Part shown: positions 47,924 through 57,237 of the stretch, piece after piece
Position numbering within the stretch: position 1 is the stretch's first letter
Layout of the letters: each line of letters begins with the position of its first letter
Assembly: GCA_902560705.1 (NCBI GenBank)
Contig: CACEMW010000002.1
Coordinates: 18,450-82,449, forward strand
Source: an uncultured Verrucomicrobiota bacterium
Lineage (GTDB): Bacteria > Verrucomicrobiota > Verrucomicrobiia > Limisphaerales > AAA164-E04
Reading direction: 5' to 3'
Length of the DNA: 64,000 nt
The notes under the pieces: generated by a model
What the model was told of the DNA's origin: nothing
What the model saw: the letters and a program-made list of their open reading frames with translations, nothing else
The model's database searches: none
Program-made: the position numbers and the translations under genes

Positions 47924-49348
47924 CTAGTAGGATGCTCTCAAACCAACATAAACTCGATTTCGCGAGAAGCTTCTGAGTTCGTTACCTAGTTGGTCTTGTA
48001 AGGCTGAATCGAGGTCATCAAAGTTGTAACCAAGTTCCGCGCTTAGATATTGATTGATAACATAGTTCGCATTCAGGCCAAGACTAAAGTAGTCATCGTC
48101 ACCGAGGCTTCGAGCGCTGTCGTCGAAACGGTTCATGCTGTAAAGGCCAACGGCACTTGCCGTAATTCTGGAGGTTAGTCGGTGATTGAGAGAGGCATAA
48201 ATCGATGTTGTTTCTTGGTCAAGTGCTTGGCCACCTGCAATCAAAGCAAGGTCAGTTTGATTGCGCTCGTGCTTGACTCCAACGGCGATGGATGAGCCCT
48301 CGTAGTAGCTATAGTTTGCATTAATGTCGACGTATGGACTGGTCTGGCTATCATCCAAATCGTAGGGGTGATCGCTGGAAACACCCGTGTAAGAAACAAA
48401 TTGCGCACCGGCGCGAGCAGAAGTTTGCAATTCTGGTGAGAAAGCATGACTTGCTCCTACGAAAACAACATGCGTGTCTGTGTCGCGAGAATCCGCCTCA
48501 ACCAAATAAGTTCCATTTGCAATGTAACCCAGATCATCTGAACTGGTGAATGCTACATTTCTGAACTGGTATCCAAGCAACACAGTGGTAAGGTCTGCAA
48601 TCTGAGAAGCTAGGTGGAGGTTTACCTGATGCTGATTACGGTCAAGTCGAGAGGAAAAACTACCATCGTAACCATCATCGGCGTATTGATAAATGTCGAA
48701 TTGATAACCGACATGAGCGGAGAGGGTTTGTGATAACCCACGATCCAATGCCAGGAAGGCTTTGTTGTGGATCGAGTCCAAGTTAGCCCTGAATGGCTGT
48801 TCTGCAGTCAAATTTCCCTGCTGGTTGTTGGGCCTAAGAACTGTAGCAGTATCCACAATTTCAGGCTCTTGAGCCAATGTAAAATTATCACCGAAGGAGA
48901 TCGATGTTAGCGGATCTAGGTCATGCGTCAGAGATACATCAAAAACGTGAGATTGATCAGCCGACCGTCCGGGCCGGTCCTCATACCAACGATGGCCATA
49001 CTGATAGCCAAGGGAGAGGAGGGATTGATCAGTGACTAAATTAAATGTTGCACTGGGTTGGACCTCTATGCCGTAGCTGCTGACGGGCTTGAAGGTCTTT
49101 TGACCAAAAGCAGTGACTTGTCCCGTAGCAGGATTTATGGCGCCTTGGGCCCCACCTGCGTTGGCGTAGTAGGAACGAAACCCGTTATCAGGGGTTGTGA
49201 AGACATTATCGTCGTAAAAACCACGCAAATTGGCCTTGAGACTCCAAGGTTTGGAGGCCTCCATCCGGGTAAGTCCATCACCAGCAGCAGCGTGCAATCC
49301 TACGACTCCAAGTGCAGCCATTCCTGCGGCGGATACAATCTTTTTCAT
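47924..49348 (-). CDS. Outer-membrane beta-barrel protein (BBP2-like, EPS-associated)
   Basis: Signal peptide; GFYDDNV near the N-terminus; alternating beta strands; C-terminal RNRVYVGLRASY. Confidence 0.85.
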   Translation of the reverse strand: MKKIVSAAGMAALGVVGLHAAAGDGLTRMEASKPWSLKANLRGFYDDNVFTTPDNGFRSYYANAGGAQGAINPATGQVTAFGQKTFKPVSSYGIEVQPSATFNLVTDQSLLSLGYQYGHRWYEDRPGRSADQSHVFDVSLTHDLDPLTSISFGDNFTLAQEPEIVDTATVLRPNNQQGNLTAEQPFRANLDSIHNKAFLALDRGLSQTLSAHVGYQFDIYQYADDGYDGSFSSRLDRNQHQVNLHLASQIADLTTVLLGYQFRNVAFTSSDDLGYIANGTYLVEADSRDTDTHVVFVGASHAFSPELQTSARAGAQFVSYTGVSSDHPYDLDDSQTSPYVDINANYSYYEGSSIAVGVKHERNQTDLALIAGGQALDQETTSIYASLNHRLTSRITASAVGLYSMNRFDDSARSLGDDDYFSLGLNANYVINQYLSAELGYNFDDLDSALQDQLGNELRSFSRNRVYVGLRASY

Positions 49349-49406
49349 AAATGATTCAACTGTTGTTTCTCTGAAGTTATCAGAATTCTACAAGGGCATT
49401 TCCTGA

Positions 49407-49439
49407 ATAATCTTCGAGTCGTGTTTGAATGTCAAACAC
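49407..49439 (-). promoter_or_regulatory. Putative sigma70 promoter with an overlapping palindromic operator
   Basis: Minus strand TTGACA-17 nt-GATTAT; GTGTTTGA-atg-TCAAACAC inverted repeat (49421-49439) covers the -35. Confidence 0.6.
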
Positions 49440-49486
49440 AAATCAGCAAAAGACAGATGCCTCAAACCACGAGGCCTGTAACACAT

Positions 49487-51373
49487 TCAGCCTCCCTGTT
49501 GCCCCAGCCCGTCCGTTGCCGGCTTGAAAGCCGGCAGCCACCGTTGGCGATCCGAGACATACACTTGATCCAGCATGATGCCTGGATGGCCAAATTTCAA
49601 TGGAAAGCCATCCGGGAGATTACGCCTTACCTGAACATCCATGTAAAAACGCGGCCAGGAACCCTCCGGGTCCTGCAAAAAGGAGGACATGAACGGAAGG
49701 TCGGTCGTCAGCTGCGTTAGGTAGAGGGCCTCGATGGCATCCCTTTCATCATGAATCCCATAAAAATCAGGATCAACTCTGCGAGACAGCCAATAGCAGG
49801 GGCGATTGCCATACCATGCGACCGCCCATGGGATATCACTCATGAGAGCCTCTTCGGGCTGATTCCATTGAGCGATTTCCTGAATCAGGGGGGGGTTGTA
49901 GGTCGGATAGGCGAAGGGCAAGGGTTGCGGCGGCAACAAGTGCCCCCAAAGTGGCAGGGAACAAAAGGCACAGAAACCCAAGACAACTACCGGCCTGAGA
50001 CCCTCATAAGGCAAGGGCAACTGATCCAGCAGGGAATAAAAGATGGGGACGGCAAAGAGAAAAACCCAAGGGGCCAAAATGACAAGATGGTTTTCCCCGT
50101 TGATTCGCGGGCTTTGTTCGCTGAGATACGACTGGCCGAGTGACTGAATCACGACCATGAAGACCAGTGAGCCAAGAGTAAACCATCTCAATCTCCTCAA
50201 TCCCTTGTTGTTGAATGGAATCAACAAGCCCATGAAAAACAGAAATGGAAGAAAGCTACCTCCAAGGGTTGGAAGCTCCCCGCTCGAAATGTCCGGAAGT
50301 TTTTTAAAGATCTTACGTAAATACTGATTCAGACCAGGCGCAGTCACCTCATCCAAGAGCGATCGTTCCAGGCGATCCGCCGGATAGTCAGCCGTGTCCA
50401 TATACAGAGCGTAAGAGCGAAGCCCAAAGGGCAGCCCACTGACCTCCAAATTGCGCACCAGCCAGGGGGCCACCACCAGCAAGGCAGTCAGAATCATGAC
50501 GGGGGTCACCAGCCAACGCCGCTTCCCCAGACATAAAAGCGCGAAAAGAGAGGTAGGAACCAGCATCCACAGAAAACTGTAGCGCGTGAGGCCGGCAAGC
50601 CCCAACAGCAATCCCACCGAGCAGGCAACGCCCAGAAACCATCCCGAGGACCGAACCTTTAGGGGAGAACTTAAAAAACTGGTTTCCAACTCAGAATCAA
50701 GTGTCTCTTCAGGTTCTGGGGCGTCGGGCTCTTCGGCCCTTGAGGCCCGTTCCAAAGCCACCAAACCGATCACCAGCAGCAACATCCATGTGGTCAGGAG
50801 CATGGTGTCATGACCTGAAAAAGAATATCGCCAGAGGAGATCCGCGCAAAAGAAGCATGCCATGGACATCCAAGCTACCGAATCGTCAAACAACTTCCTG
50901 CCCAGGTAAAACACCAACAGACCATTCAACAGAAAAAGCCCTTGATTGATGAAGCTGATCAGCATTTCCGGCTGGTAGCGGGTGAAGTTTTCAGAACGGT
51001 GGGAGGGTATTTCCCATTCAAAGGGTAAAATCCGCATCCAAAGACTCAAAAAGACAGGGTAAGCAGGCGGCGAAACCATGTCGACATGCTGTAGAACATC
51101 TTTGGAAGTGCTTAGAATTCCCTCCCCTTTCTGTGTCTCCTCGTGCGCAAGAGCAAGCGGCCTCAGACTAAGGGATGTGAAGCCTTTTCCCTCTGAAAGC
51201 TGCCTAGCAAGATGAGCACTTTCCATGGCTTCAACCGTGGCAAAACCCTGATATTCCCTAACGTTGTAAAAAACCAGCAGGGCGAGTAGGGACAGTATCA
51301 ATGCAAGTTTCTGAAGGTATCCGCTACCTTCACCTACCTCAAATTTGTGAATGATTTCCTGAATAGATGGCAT
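49487..51373 (-). CDS. GT-C fold membrane glycosyltransferase (family 39/ArnT/PMT-like)
   Basis: Multiple TMs; PPAYP, GLAGLTRY, PWLVRN, MSDIPW. Confidence 0.78.
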   Translation of the reverse strand: MPSIQEIIHKFEVGEGSGYLQKLALILSLLALLVFYNVREYQGFATVEAMESAHLARQLSEGKGFTSLSLRPLALAHEETQKGEGILSTSKDVLQHVDMVSPPAYPVFLSLWMRILPFEWEIPSHRSENFTRYQPEMLISFINQGLFLLNGLLVFYLGRKLFDDSVAWMSMACFFCADLLWRYSFSGHDTMLLTTWMLLLVIGLVALERASRAEEPDAPEPEETLDSELETSFLSSPLKVRSSGWFLGVACSVGLLLGLAGLTRYSFLWMLVPTSLFALLCLGKRRWLVTPVMILTALLVVAPWLVRNLEVSGLPFGLRSYALYMDTADYPADRLERSLLDEVTAPGLNQYLRKIFKKLPDISSGELPTLGGSFLPFLFFMGLLIPFNNKGLRRLRWFTLGSLVFMVVIQSLGQSYLSEQSPRINGENHLVILAPWVFLFAVPIFYSLLDQLPLPYEGLRPVVVLGFCAFCSLPLWGHLLPPQPLPFAYPTYNPPLIQEIAQWNQPEEALMSDIPWAVAWYGNRPCYWLSRRVDPDFYGIHDERDAIEALYLTQLTTDLPFMSSFLQDPEGSWPRFYMDVQVRRNLPDGFPLKFGHPGIMLDQVYVSDRQRWLPAFKPATDGLGQQGG

Positions 51374-51376
51374 GGA

Positions 51377-52777
51377 TTAATATAAATCGTATTTGGTCAT
51401 TTTGCGGTGGAGGGTGCGGCGACTCATACCAAGCAATTTGGCGGCCTCAGTGCGATTGCCGCGCGTTGCCTTCAAGGCATCGATCATCAGTTGCCGTTCG
51501 TTCTCCTGAAGAGAAAAGCTTGTCCCCTGAGCAGAGGAAGAGGAAGTCATCATGAGGCCTCCGTGGCCCTCGCCAGGCATGCTTCGACTTGATTCAGAGA
51601 GCCCCCCCGAGCGCAACAATGGCGGGAGATCCGTGAGATCGACTTTTCGTCCCTTGGCAAACACCACCGCATGCTCCACCGCAGCGCGCAGTTCCCTGAC
51701 ATTGCCGGGCCATATATAATGAACAAGAGCCTCGAGGGCCTCATTTGAGAACTCTGTGACCTTTTTCCGATTCTGGTGGGCGAATTCAGAAAGGAAGCCC
51801 ATGGCAAGCGCGGGAATATCCGTAGCACGCTCCCTCAATGCAGGCAATTGGATCTCAACAACTCTCAAACGATAATAAAGATCCTCTCTGAACTTTCCTT
51901 CCGCCATGAGCTTTGGAAGATCCTTGTTGGTGGCGGCCAGCAGACGAACATCGACACTCAACGTTTTGGTGGACCCGACTCTTTCAAAGGAGCGTTCCCC
52001 AAGAATGCGCAGCAATTTGATCTGCGTGGAAAGGTCAATTTCGCCAATCTCATCCAAAAACAAAGTACCCCCATCGGCTTTCTCAAAACGACCGATCCTT
52101 CGTTCATGTGCGCCGGTAAAAGCGCCCTTCTCGTGACCAAATAGCTCACTCTCCAGGAGCGTCGGGGAGAGCCCTGCACAATGCACCGTGACCATGGCAT
52201 GATGGGCTCGATGGCTGGATTGATGGATTGCTTTGGCGATGAGCTCTTTACCCGTACCACTTTCTCCCAGGATGAGCACTGTGGCATTGGTAGGCGCCAC
52301 CTGTTCGACCATGTCGAACACCCCTCGCATCGCAGGGGATTCACCTACAATGTTGGACGTTTGAAAGCGCTTGCCCAATTGCTGCTTAAGAACAACGTTT
52401 TCTTCTTCCAACTGGCGCAATTTAAGAGACCGCTGGATTTTTTTCTCCAGGTCATCGATCAGCATGCTCCCTTTGGGCAGATAGTCATCCGCCCCTTCCT
52501 TGATGGCCTGGACAGCGGTTTCTTCCGAACCAAAGGCCGTCATCAAAATGCATATCGGCGGCTGAGCCAAACTTTTCGCCCTCTTGATCAATTTCAGACC
52601 GTCTTCGCCAGGCATTCGAAAATCGGTGAGCAACACATCAAAAGAATCCGATTCGAGTAACTCAATGGCCGAAGCAGCGCTGTCGGCAATGTAGACCTCA
52701 TAGTGATCTTCCAATACCGCTCGCAAACCCTCTCTCTGGGTTTTCTCATCATCGACGATTAGAAGCAGCGGTTTCAT
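51377..52777 (-). CDS. Sigma-54-dependent response regulator (NtrC family; probable start ATG 52777)
   Basis: REC domain (VDDE, TDFRMP), GESGTGKE, GAFTGA, LDEIGE, WPGNVREL, Fis-type HTH. Confidence 0.96.
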   Translation of the reverse strand: MKPLLLIVDDEKTQREGLRAVLEDHYEVYIADSAASAIELLESDSFDVLLTDFRMPGEDGLKLIKRAKSLAQPPICILMTAFGSEETAVQAIKEGADDYLPKGSMLIDDLEKKIQRSLKLRQLEEENVVLKQQLGKRFQTSNIVGESPAMRGVFDMVEQVAPTNATVLILGESGTGKELIAKAIHQSSHRAHHAMVTVHCAGLSPTLLESELFGHEKGAFTGAHERRIGRFEKADGGTLFLDEIGEIDLSTQIKLLRILGERSFERVGSTKTLSVDVRLLAATNKDLPKLMAEGKFREDLYYRLRVVEIQLPALRERATDIPALAMGFLSEFAHQNRKKVTEFSNEALEALVHYIWPGNVRELRAAVEHAVVFAKGRKVDLTDLPPLLRSGGLSESSRSMPGEGHGGLMMTSSSSAQGTSFSLQENERQLMIDALKATRGNRTEAAKLLGMSRRTLHRKMTKYDLY

Positions 52778-52906
52778 AGGACTGGGACCTTCAAGCGATC
52801 CGGGCTCCCTCAGGAGTTCCATTCAGGATTTCAGAGCAACCCTTCTGACCATAGTGACCAAAAGCCAACAGGTAGGCAAGGCTGAGCAGCATGTCGGTTG
52901 CGTGTT

Positions 52907-54184
52907 TCAGCATTGGGTGTCACTTACATCACCGAGAAGTCGATCCCGCTCCTCAAACAAAGGAAGCCAGAGTCTGAAAATCGTGCCAGTGGGCTGGTTT
53001 GGCTCCACCATGATACGTCCACCATGATCCCGAATGATGCGGTGGACAATCATCAGACCCAAACCCGTGCCTTTGCGCTTGGTGGTAAAGTAGGGTTCAA
53101 AAATCCGACTGATGCGCTCCTTGGAGATGCCTGATCCATTGTCTTCCACAAAAAGCCAGACTCCATCGGCATCCCGCTGAGTTCGAACTGTCAGGAGGCC
53201 ATCTTTGTCCATGGCTTGCATCGCATTTTTGATCAAGTTGACCAGCACTTGTTTGATCTGAGAGCGATCAAGTGGCGGGTCTGGCAATTGCTCATCGAGG
53301 TCCTTGATGAGCTCTATGCCGCGATTGATGATTTCGGGCCCCAGCAGGTCCAGGGTTTCCAATATGATCGCATTGAGCTGATCGGGTTTTCGATCCGGGG
53401 CAGAAGGGCGGATAGCCTGCAGGAACTGGGTAATGATCAATTCCAGACGATGGATTTCTCCCCGCGATACGGAAACAAATTCTTCGAGCCGTCTGAGAGA
53501 CTGATCGATCGCGGCAAGATTCGAGGTTTCTGCCTGGAGCTTGGGGGGGCGCCCTCTGCCACGTTTGGGAGGCGGTGGTTGCTGTGAAAACATTTCCCTG
53601 ACTTTGGCCGCTTCACGCCCAATGAGCTGAAGATGAATATGAAGCGCATTGAGCGGGTTGCCTATCTCGTGGGCCACGCTTCCCGCCAGCAAGGTTAACG
53701 TGTGAATCCGTTCTGATTCGATGGCCTCCACGGTTTGCTTCCGCGTTTCAGTCGCATCGTGCAGGACTAGGACATAGCTCGATTCGTCCACCTCCTGCTG
53801 CTCGATAGCCGCACCATAAAGCCGCAGAAAACGGGTTTTGGGATAGGAAAGGGAAAACTCCAGACGCACCATGCCTGGAGAAGGTTCATGACTGACAGAG
53901 GAGATAAAATGTTCCCACTGGAATTCGGGGATCAACCGACTGACCGGAGACTCGTCCATGGACCTCGCATCCACACCCAGCAACTCGCCAGCAGCTTGGT
54001 TGCAGTATTGGATGCGACCTTTCCAGTTGACGACCAGGATTCCGTCTTCAATGACATTGAAGACGGTTTCGAAAAACTGGCGTTGTTCCTCAAGACGCTG
54101 GACGACGCTTTGTAAGCCCCCCGTATCGAGCCGATCAATACGCCCAAGGATTTTGTCAAGAAAGCTGGATTTAAAACCTGCCAT
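52907..54184 (-). CDS. Cytoplasmic PAS sensor histidine kinase
   Basis: PAS domain; H-box AHEIGNPL; N-box NLIKNA; DNGSG, FEPYFTTK, GTGLGL; no TM seen. Confidence 0.95.
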   Translation of the reverse strand: MAGFKSSFLDKILGRIDRLDTGGLQSVVQRLEEQRQFFETVFNVIEDGILVVNWKGRIQYCNQAAGELLGVDARSMDESPVSRLIPEFQWEHFISSVSHEPSPGMVRLEFSLSYPKTRFLRLYGAAIEQQEVDESSYVLVLHDATETRKQTVEAIESERIHTLTLLAGSVAHEIGNPLNALHIHLQLIGREAAKVREMFSQQPPPPKRGRGRPPKLQAETSNLAAIDQSLRRLEEFVSVSRGEIHRLELIITQFLQAIRPSAPDRKPDQLNAIILETLDLLGPEIINRGIELIKDLDEQLPDPPLDRSQIKQVLVNLIKNAMQAMDKDGLLTVRTQRDADGVWLFVEDNGSGISKERISRIFEPYFTTKRKGTGLGLMIVHRIIRDHGGRIMVEPNQPTGTIFRLWLPLFEERDRLLGDVSDTQC

Positions 54185-54216
54185 GGCATCTTTCCATCAA
54201 AATAGCAACAAGGTCA

Positions 54217-55215
54217 TCAGAGCCATTTTTTCCGTTTGAAATACCAATAGGTACCGCCTGTGGACAACACCATGATGACACTCGCAATCAGATAACCGTG
54301 AGCGTTGCTCAGCTCCGGCATGGTGGCAAAATTCATCCCATACCATGTCCCAATCATCATCATGGGCGTGGTGATCAACGTGATCATGGTAAGCAATTTG
54401 ACCACTTCACCCGTTTGGTTGGAAGACATGTTCAAATACAGTTGCAAAACAGCCATCAACGAGTCGGTGTAGTGCTGAGCCATTTCGTGAATACGAAACA
54501 AGTCGTCGTAGACGTCTCGATAGTAGGGGATGAGCTTTGGTCGGATCAGCTTGAATTCACCTCGCGCAAACCTCCATAGGACTTCGCGCTGGGGGCCAAT
54601 GATTCTTCGCAAATGCTGCACCTCCTTTTTAATGGCGGTTATCTTGTTCAGCACACCTGCATCGGCATGATGGAGCACTTGAGCTTCCAATTCACCAATC
54701 TCAAACGCCAGTTCCTGAATGGCGGGTTTGTAATTGTCCACCAGATTGTCCAGCAGCGTATGCGCCAAGCGGTCTGGCGCACGGGCCACCTGTTTCTTGA
54801 GTCTCAAGCATTGATCTTCGGCGTATTGAATGCTTTTAAGGGACTTGGCATGACAGGTAACCAGAAAGTTTTTTCCCAGAAAGAAGTTCAGTTCACTGGT
54901 TGCAAAAACGCCATCCTCGCGGCTGTAGTCCACGGCATGAATCAGCATGAACAGGTAGGGAGCAAACTGATCCTCTTCCTTGGGTTCATATTCTTCTACC
55001 TTGGGAGCCCCCAAATCGGAGACGCAATCCTCGATGGAAAGAGGATGGAAGTGAAACACGTCCTCCAACACCCATTTAAGCTCCTCCTGTGTCGGGTCTT
55101 CCAGGTCGACCCACAAGAAAAGGTTGGTGTTGCCCAGCAAAGTAGGCATGAGAAAGGTCTCCATATCCCGAGAGTGGAGTTTTCCCTGTGTAGTGAATGC
55201 AAACGACCTGATCAT
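54217..55215 (-). CDS. corA: Magnesium/cobalt transporter CorA
   Basis: FHPLSIED, YGMNF, MPEL, two C-terminal TMs. Confidence 0.95.
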   Translation of the reverse strand: MIRSFAFTTQGKLHSRDMETFLMPTLLGNTNLFLWVDLEDPTQEELKWVLEDVFHFHPLSIEDCVSDLGAPKVEEYEPKEEDQFAPYLFMLIHAVDYSREDGVFATSELNFFLGKNFLVTCHAKSLKSIQYAEDQCLRLKKQVARAPDRLAHTLLDNLVDNYKPAIQELAFEIGELEAQVLHHADAGVLNKITAIKKEVQHLRRIIGPQREVLWRFARGEFKLIRPKLIPYYRDVYDDLFRIHEMAQHYTDSLMAVLQLYLNMSSNQTGEVVKLLTMITLITTPMMMIGTWYGMNFATMPELSNAHGYLIASVIMVLSTGGTYWYFKRKKWL

Positions 55216-55331
55216 GATTTCACAAAGATCAAAGCGAACCCATCATGGCTTTAGTATTGGGCCATTGGCAAGCAGTGAGGCACCCTTCAAGAGGGAAGTG
55301 AAGGGCTGGAAGGATATTTCCAATTCAGCCA

Positions 55332-55359
55332 TTGACAAAACCCCCTGAAACACTATTTT
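55332..55359 (+). promoter_or_regulatory. Putative sigma70 promoter of rpsT
   Basis: TTGACA-16 nt-TATTTT about 40 nt upstream of the ATG. Confidence 0.55.
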
Positions 55360-55400
55360 GGCCCGCTACTGATTTTAGTAAAACATAATTCGTACCCGTC

Positions 55401-55664
55401 ATGCCGAACACCAAATCTGCGATCAAGCGAACCCGAAGTAACGCCAAGAAGCAACAGGTCAACCGAGCTGTGAAGTCTCGCATTGGGACTCTGGAGAGAC
55501 AACTCAAAGACACCCTAGCCCAAGGAGACAAGGATGCCATTAAGTCGGCGCTTTGCACGGTCACCTCAGCCTATGATAAGGCAGCCAAAAAGGGCGTGGT
55601 TCATGCCAATAAGGCCTCCAATAAAAAGTCCAGCTTGACCAAGCTTGCCAACAAGGCCGGCTGA
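55401..55664 (+). CDS. rpsT: 30S ribosomal protein S20
   Basis: MPNTKSAIKR, DKAAKKGVVHANKA. Confidence 0.97.
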   Translation: MPNTKSAIKRTRSNAKKQQVNRAVKSRIGTLERQLKDTLAQGDKDAIKSALCTVTSAYDKAAKKGVVHANKASNKKSSLTKLANKAG

Positions 55665-55709
55665 TCGGTCTCAACACCTTTTTTGGAATCATTCCTTTTT
55701 CAAGAAATC

Positions 55710-55738
55710 AAAAAGCCCCTCAATTGAGGGGCTTTTTT
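55710..55738. terminator. Bidirectional Rho-independent terminator
   Basis: A5-GCCCCTC-aatt-GAGGGGC-T6 between convergent genes. Confidence 0.88.
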
Positions 55739-55808
55739 CGTGCCTGAAGAATAGAACTTTTCGATAGGCTTAGCGGAGTCGCCTCGATGCTGCGTGTCAA
55801 AAGGTACT

Positions 55809-56273
55809 TCACCCTTTGTAAATGATGACCACTCCAAAATCATTGAGCTGTTGCTTGCTTGCCAAATCGACATAGGAATAGTTGATCGTGTTGATGCTGA
55901 CAATATGGGTCTCTCCGATCTGATTCAGGATCTCAGTGACCCGCTCATCAAACGCATCATGGCCGACTTCCCTGCAATCCCCATGACGAACCGTCTTGAT
56001 CCTCAAAATTTTATCCCCATCTTTTTGGGATTCCAAGGGAGGTCTGGATTTGGTGATGAGGGATTCATCAGGTCCTTCGTGAGAGGGAACGGTAAAATAT
56101 TTCTCCTCTCTGGCAACCGCTTGAGCGGGAGGATGGATTTTGACGTTCGCTGCGTCGGCCTCGGGTATGGTGAGTAGAAGCTCACAGGATGGGCATTCAA
56201 TTTCTGACCCTGCTCCTTGGGCATCAACCACCATTTCCTGGTGACAGTCTGGGCAAGTGAAGACGATGTCCAT
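55809..56273 (-). CDS. Zinc-ribbon-containing hypothetical protein
   Basis: FTCPDC...IECPSC at the N-terminus. Confidence 0.8.
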   Translation of the reverse strand: MDIVFTCPDCHQEMVVDAQGAGSEIECPSCELLLTIPEADAANVKIHPPAQAVAREEKYFTVPSHEGPDESLITKSRPPLESQKDGDKILRIKTVRHGDCREVGHDAFDERVTEILNQIGETHIVSINTINYSYVDLASKQQLNDFGVVIIYKG

Positions 56274-56362
56274 AAGTATTTTATCGATTGAACATAGGCA
56301 TTAAAGGGCTCGCTGACTAGTGGATTTTAGCCCCACAAAGAACTTACATTTGACTGGTAACC

Positions 56363-57205
56363 ATGGAAGACCTACCTACGATGAAGCCCCAAATGATGCC
56401 ATCGCCACGTCAATGTTTCCAAAAGTTAAGCAAGGCTCGAAGTTTCTTCCTGCTGGCTGGCCCCTGCGTGATTGAGGATCTGAAAGGCAGCCTACATATA
56501 GCTCGTCATCTCAAGAAATGCTGTAACGAACTGGAGATACCCTATGTGTTCAAAGGAAGCTTTGATAAGGCAAACCGAACCTCCTCAGCCTCTTTTCGAG
56601 GGCCAGGTGTGGAGGAAGGATTGGAAATACTGCTACAATTACGGGAAAAAGTGGGATGCCCGGTGATGACCGATGTTCATACCGAAGCCCAGGCACTCAC
56701 CTTAGGTCAGGAGCTGGATATCCTGCAGATACCCGCTTTCTTGTGTCGACAGACCGATCTCATTCTGGCCGCAGCTTCGACACCGGCGATGGTCAATGTC
56801 AAGAAGGGGCAATTCATGAGCCCATCGGATATGGAACATGTGGTTCAAAAAATTCGAGCTGGCGGAAATCAAAAGATCTTGCTGACGGAAAGAGGCACTA
56901 CTTTTGGATACAATAATCTTGTGGTGGACATGCGCTCTATCCCCATCATGAGAGGTTTCAAAGTCCCCGTTGTGTTTGACGCAACCCATTCGGTTCAATT
57001 GCCAGGGGGGGCGGGTGATCGATCCAGTGGACAATCGGAGTTCGCGCCGACACTGGCCAAAGCATCGCTTGCAGCAGGAGCAAATGGTCTATTTATCGAA
57101 ACCCACCCAAGACCCGATCAATCTCCCAGCGATGGGCCCAATATGATTCCTCTCAAGGACATCAAGAAATTGCTCCAGAGCTGTCAACGCATCCGTCAGG
57201 CCTGA
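56363..57205 (+). CDS. kdsA: 3-deoxy-8-phosphooctulonate synthase
   Basis: [40 protein letters not shown]. Confidence 0.97.
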   Translation: MEDLPTMKPQMMPSPRQCFQKLSKARSFFLLAGPCVIEDLKGSLHIARHLKKCCNELEIPYVFKGSFDKANRTSSASFRGPGVEEGLEILLQLREKVGCPVMTDVHTEAQALTLGQELDILQIPAFLCRQTDLILAAASTPAMVNVKKGQFMSPSDMEHVVQKIRAGGNQKILLTERGTTFGYNNLVVDMRSIPIMRGFKVPVVFDATHSVQLPGGAGDRSSGQSEFAPTLAKASLAAGANGLFIETHPRPDQSPSDGPNMIPLKDIKKLLQSCQRIRQA

Positions 57206-57237
57206 TACTGAACAAGATCGAAAATGGCACTCATCTC

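Noticed and set aside
49455-49472. Sigma-54-like GGCA...TTGC upstream of the barrel gene
   Set aside because: GG to GC spacing is 12 nt rather than the required 10
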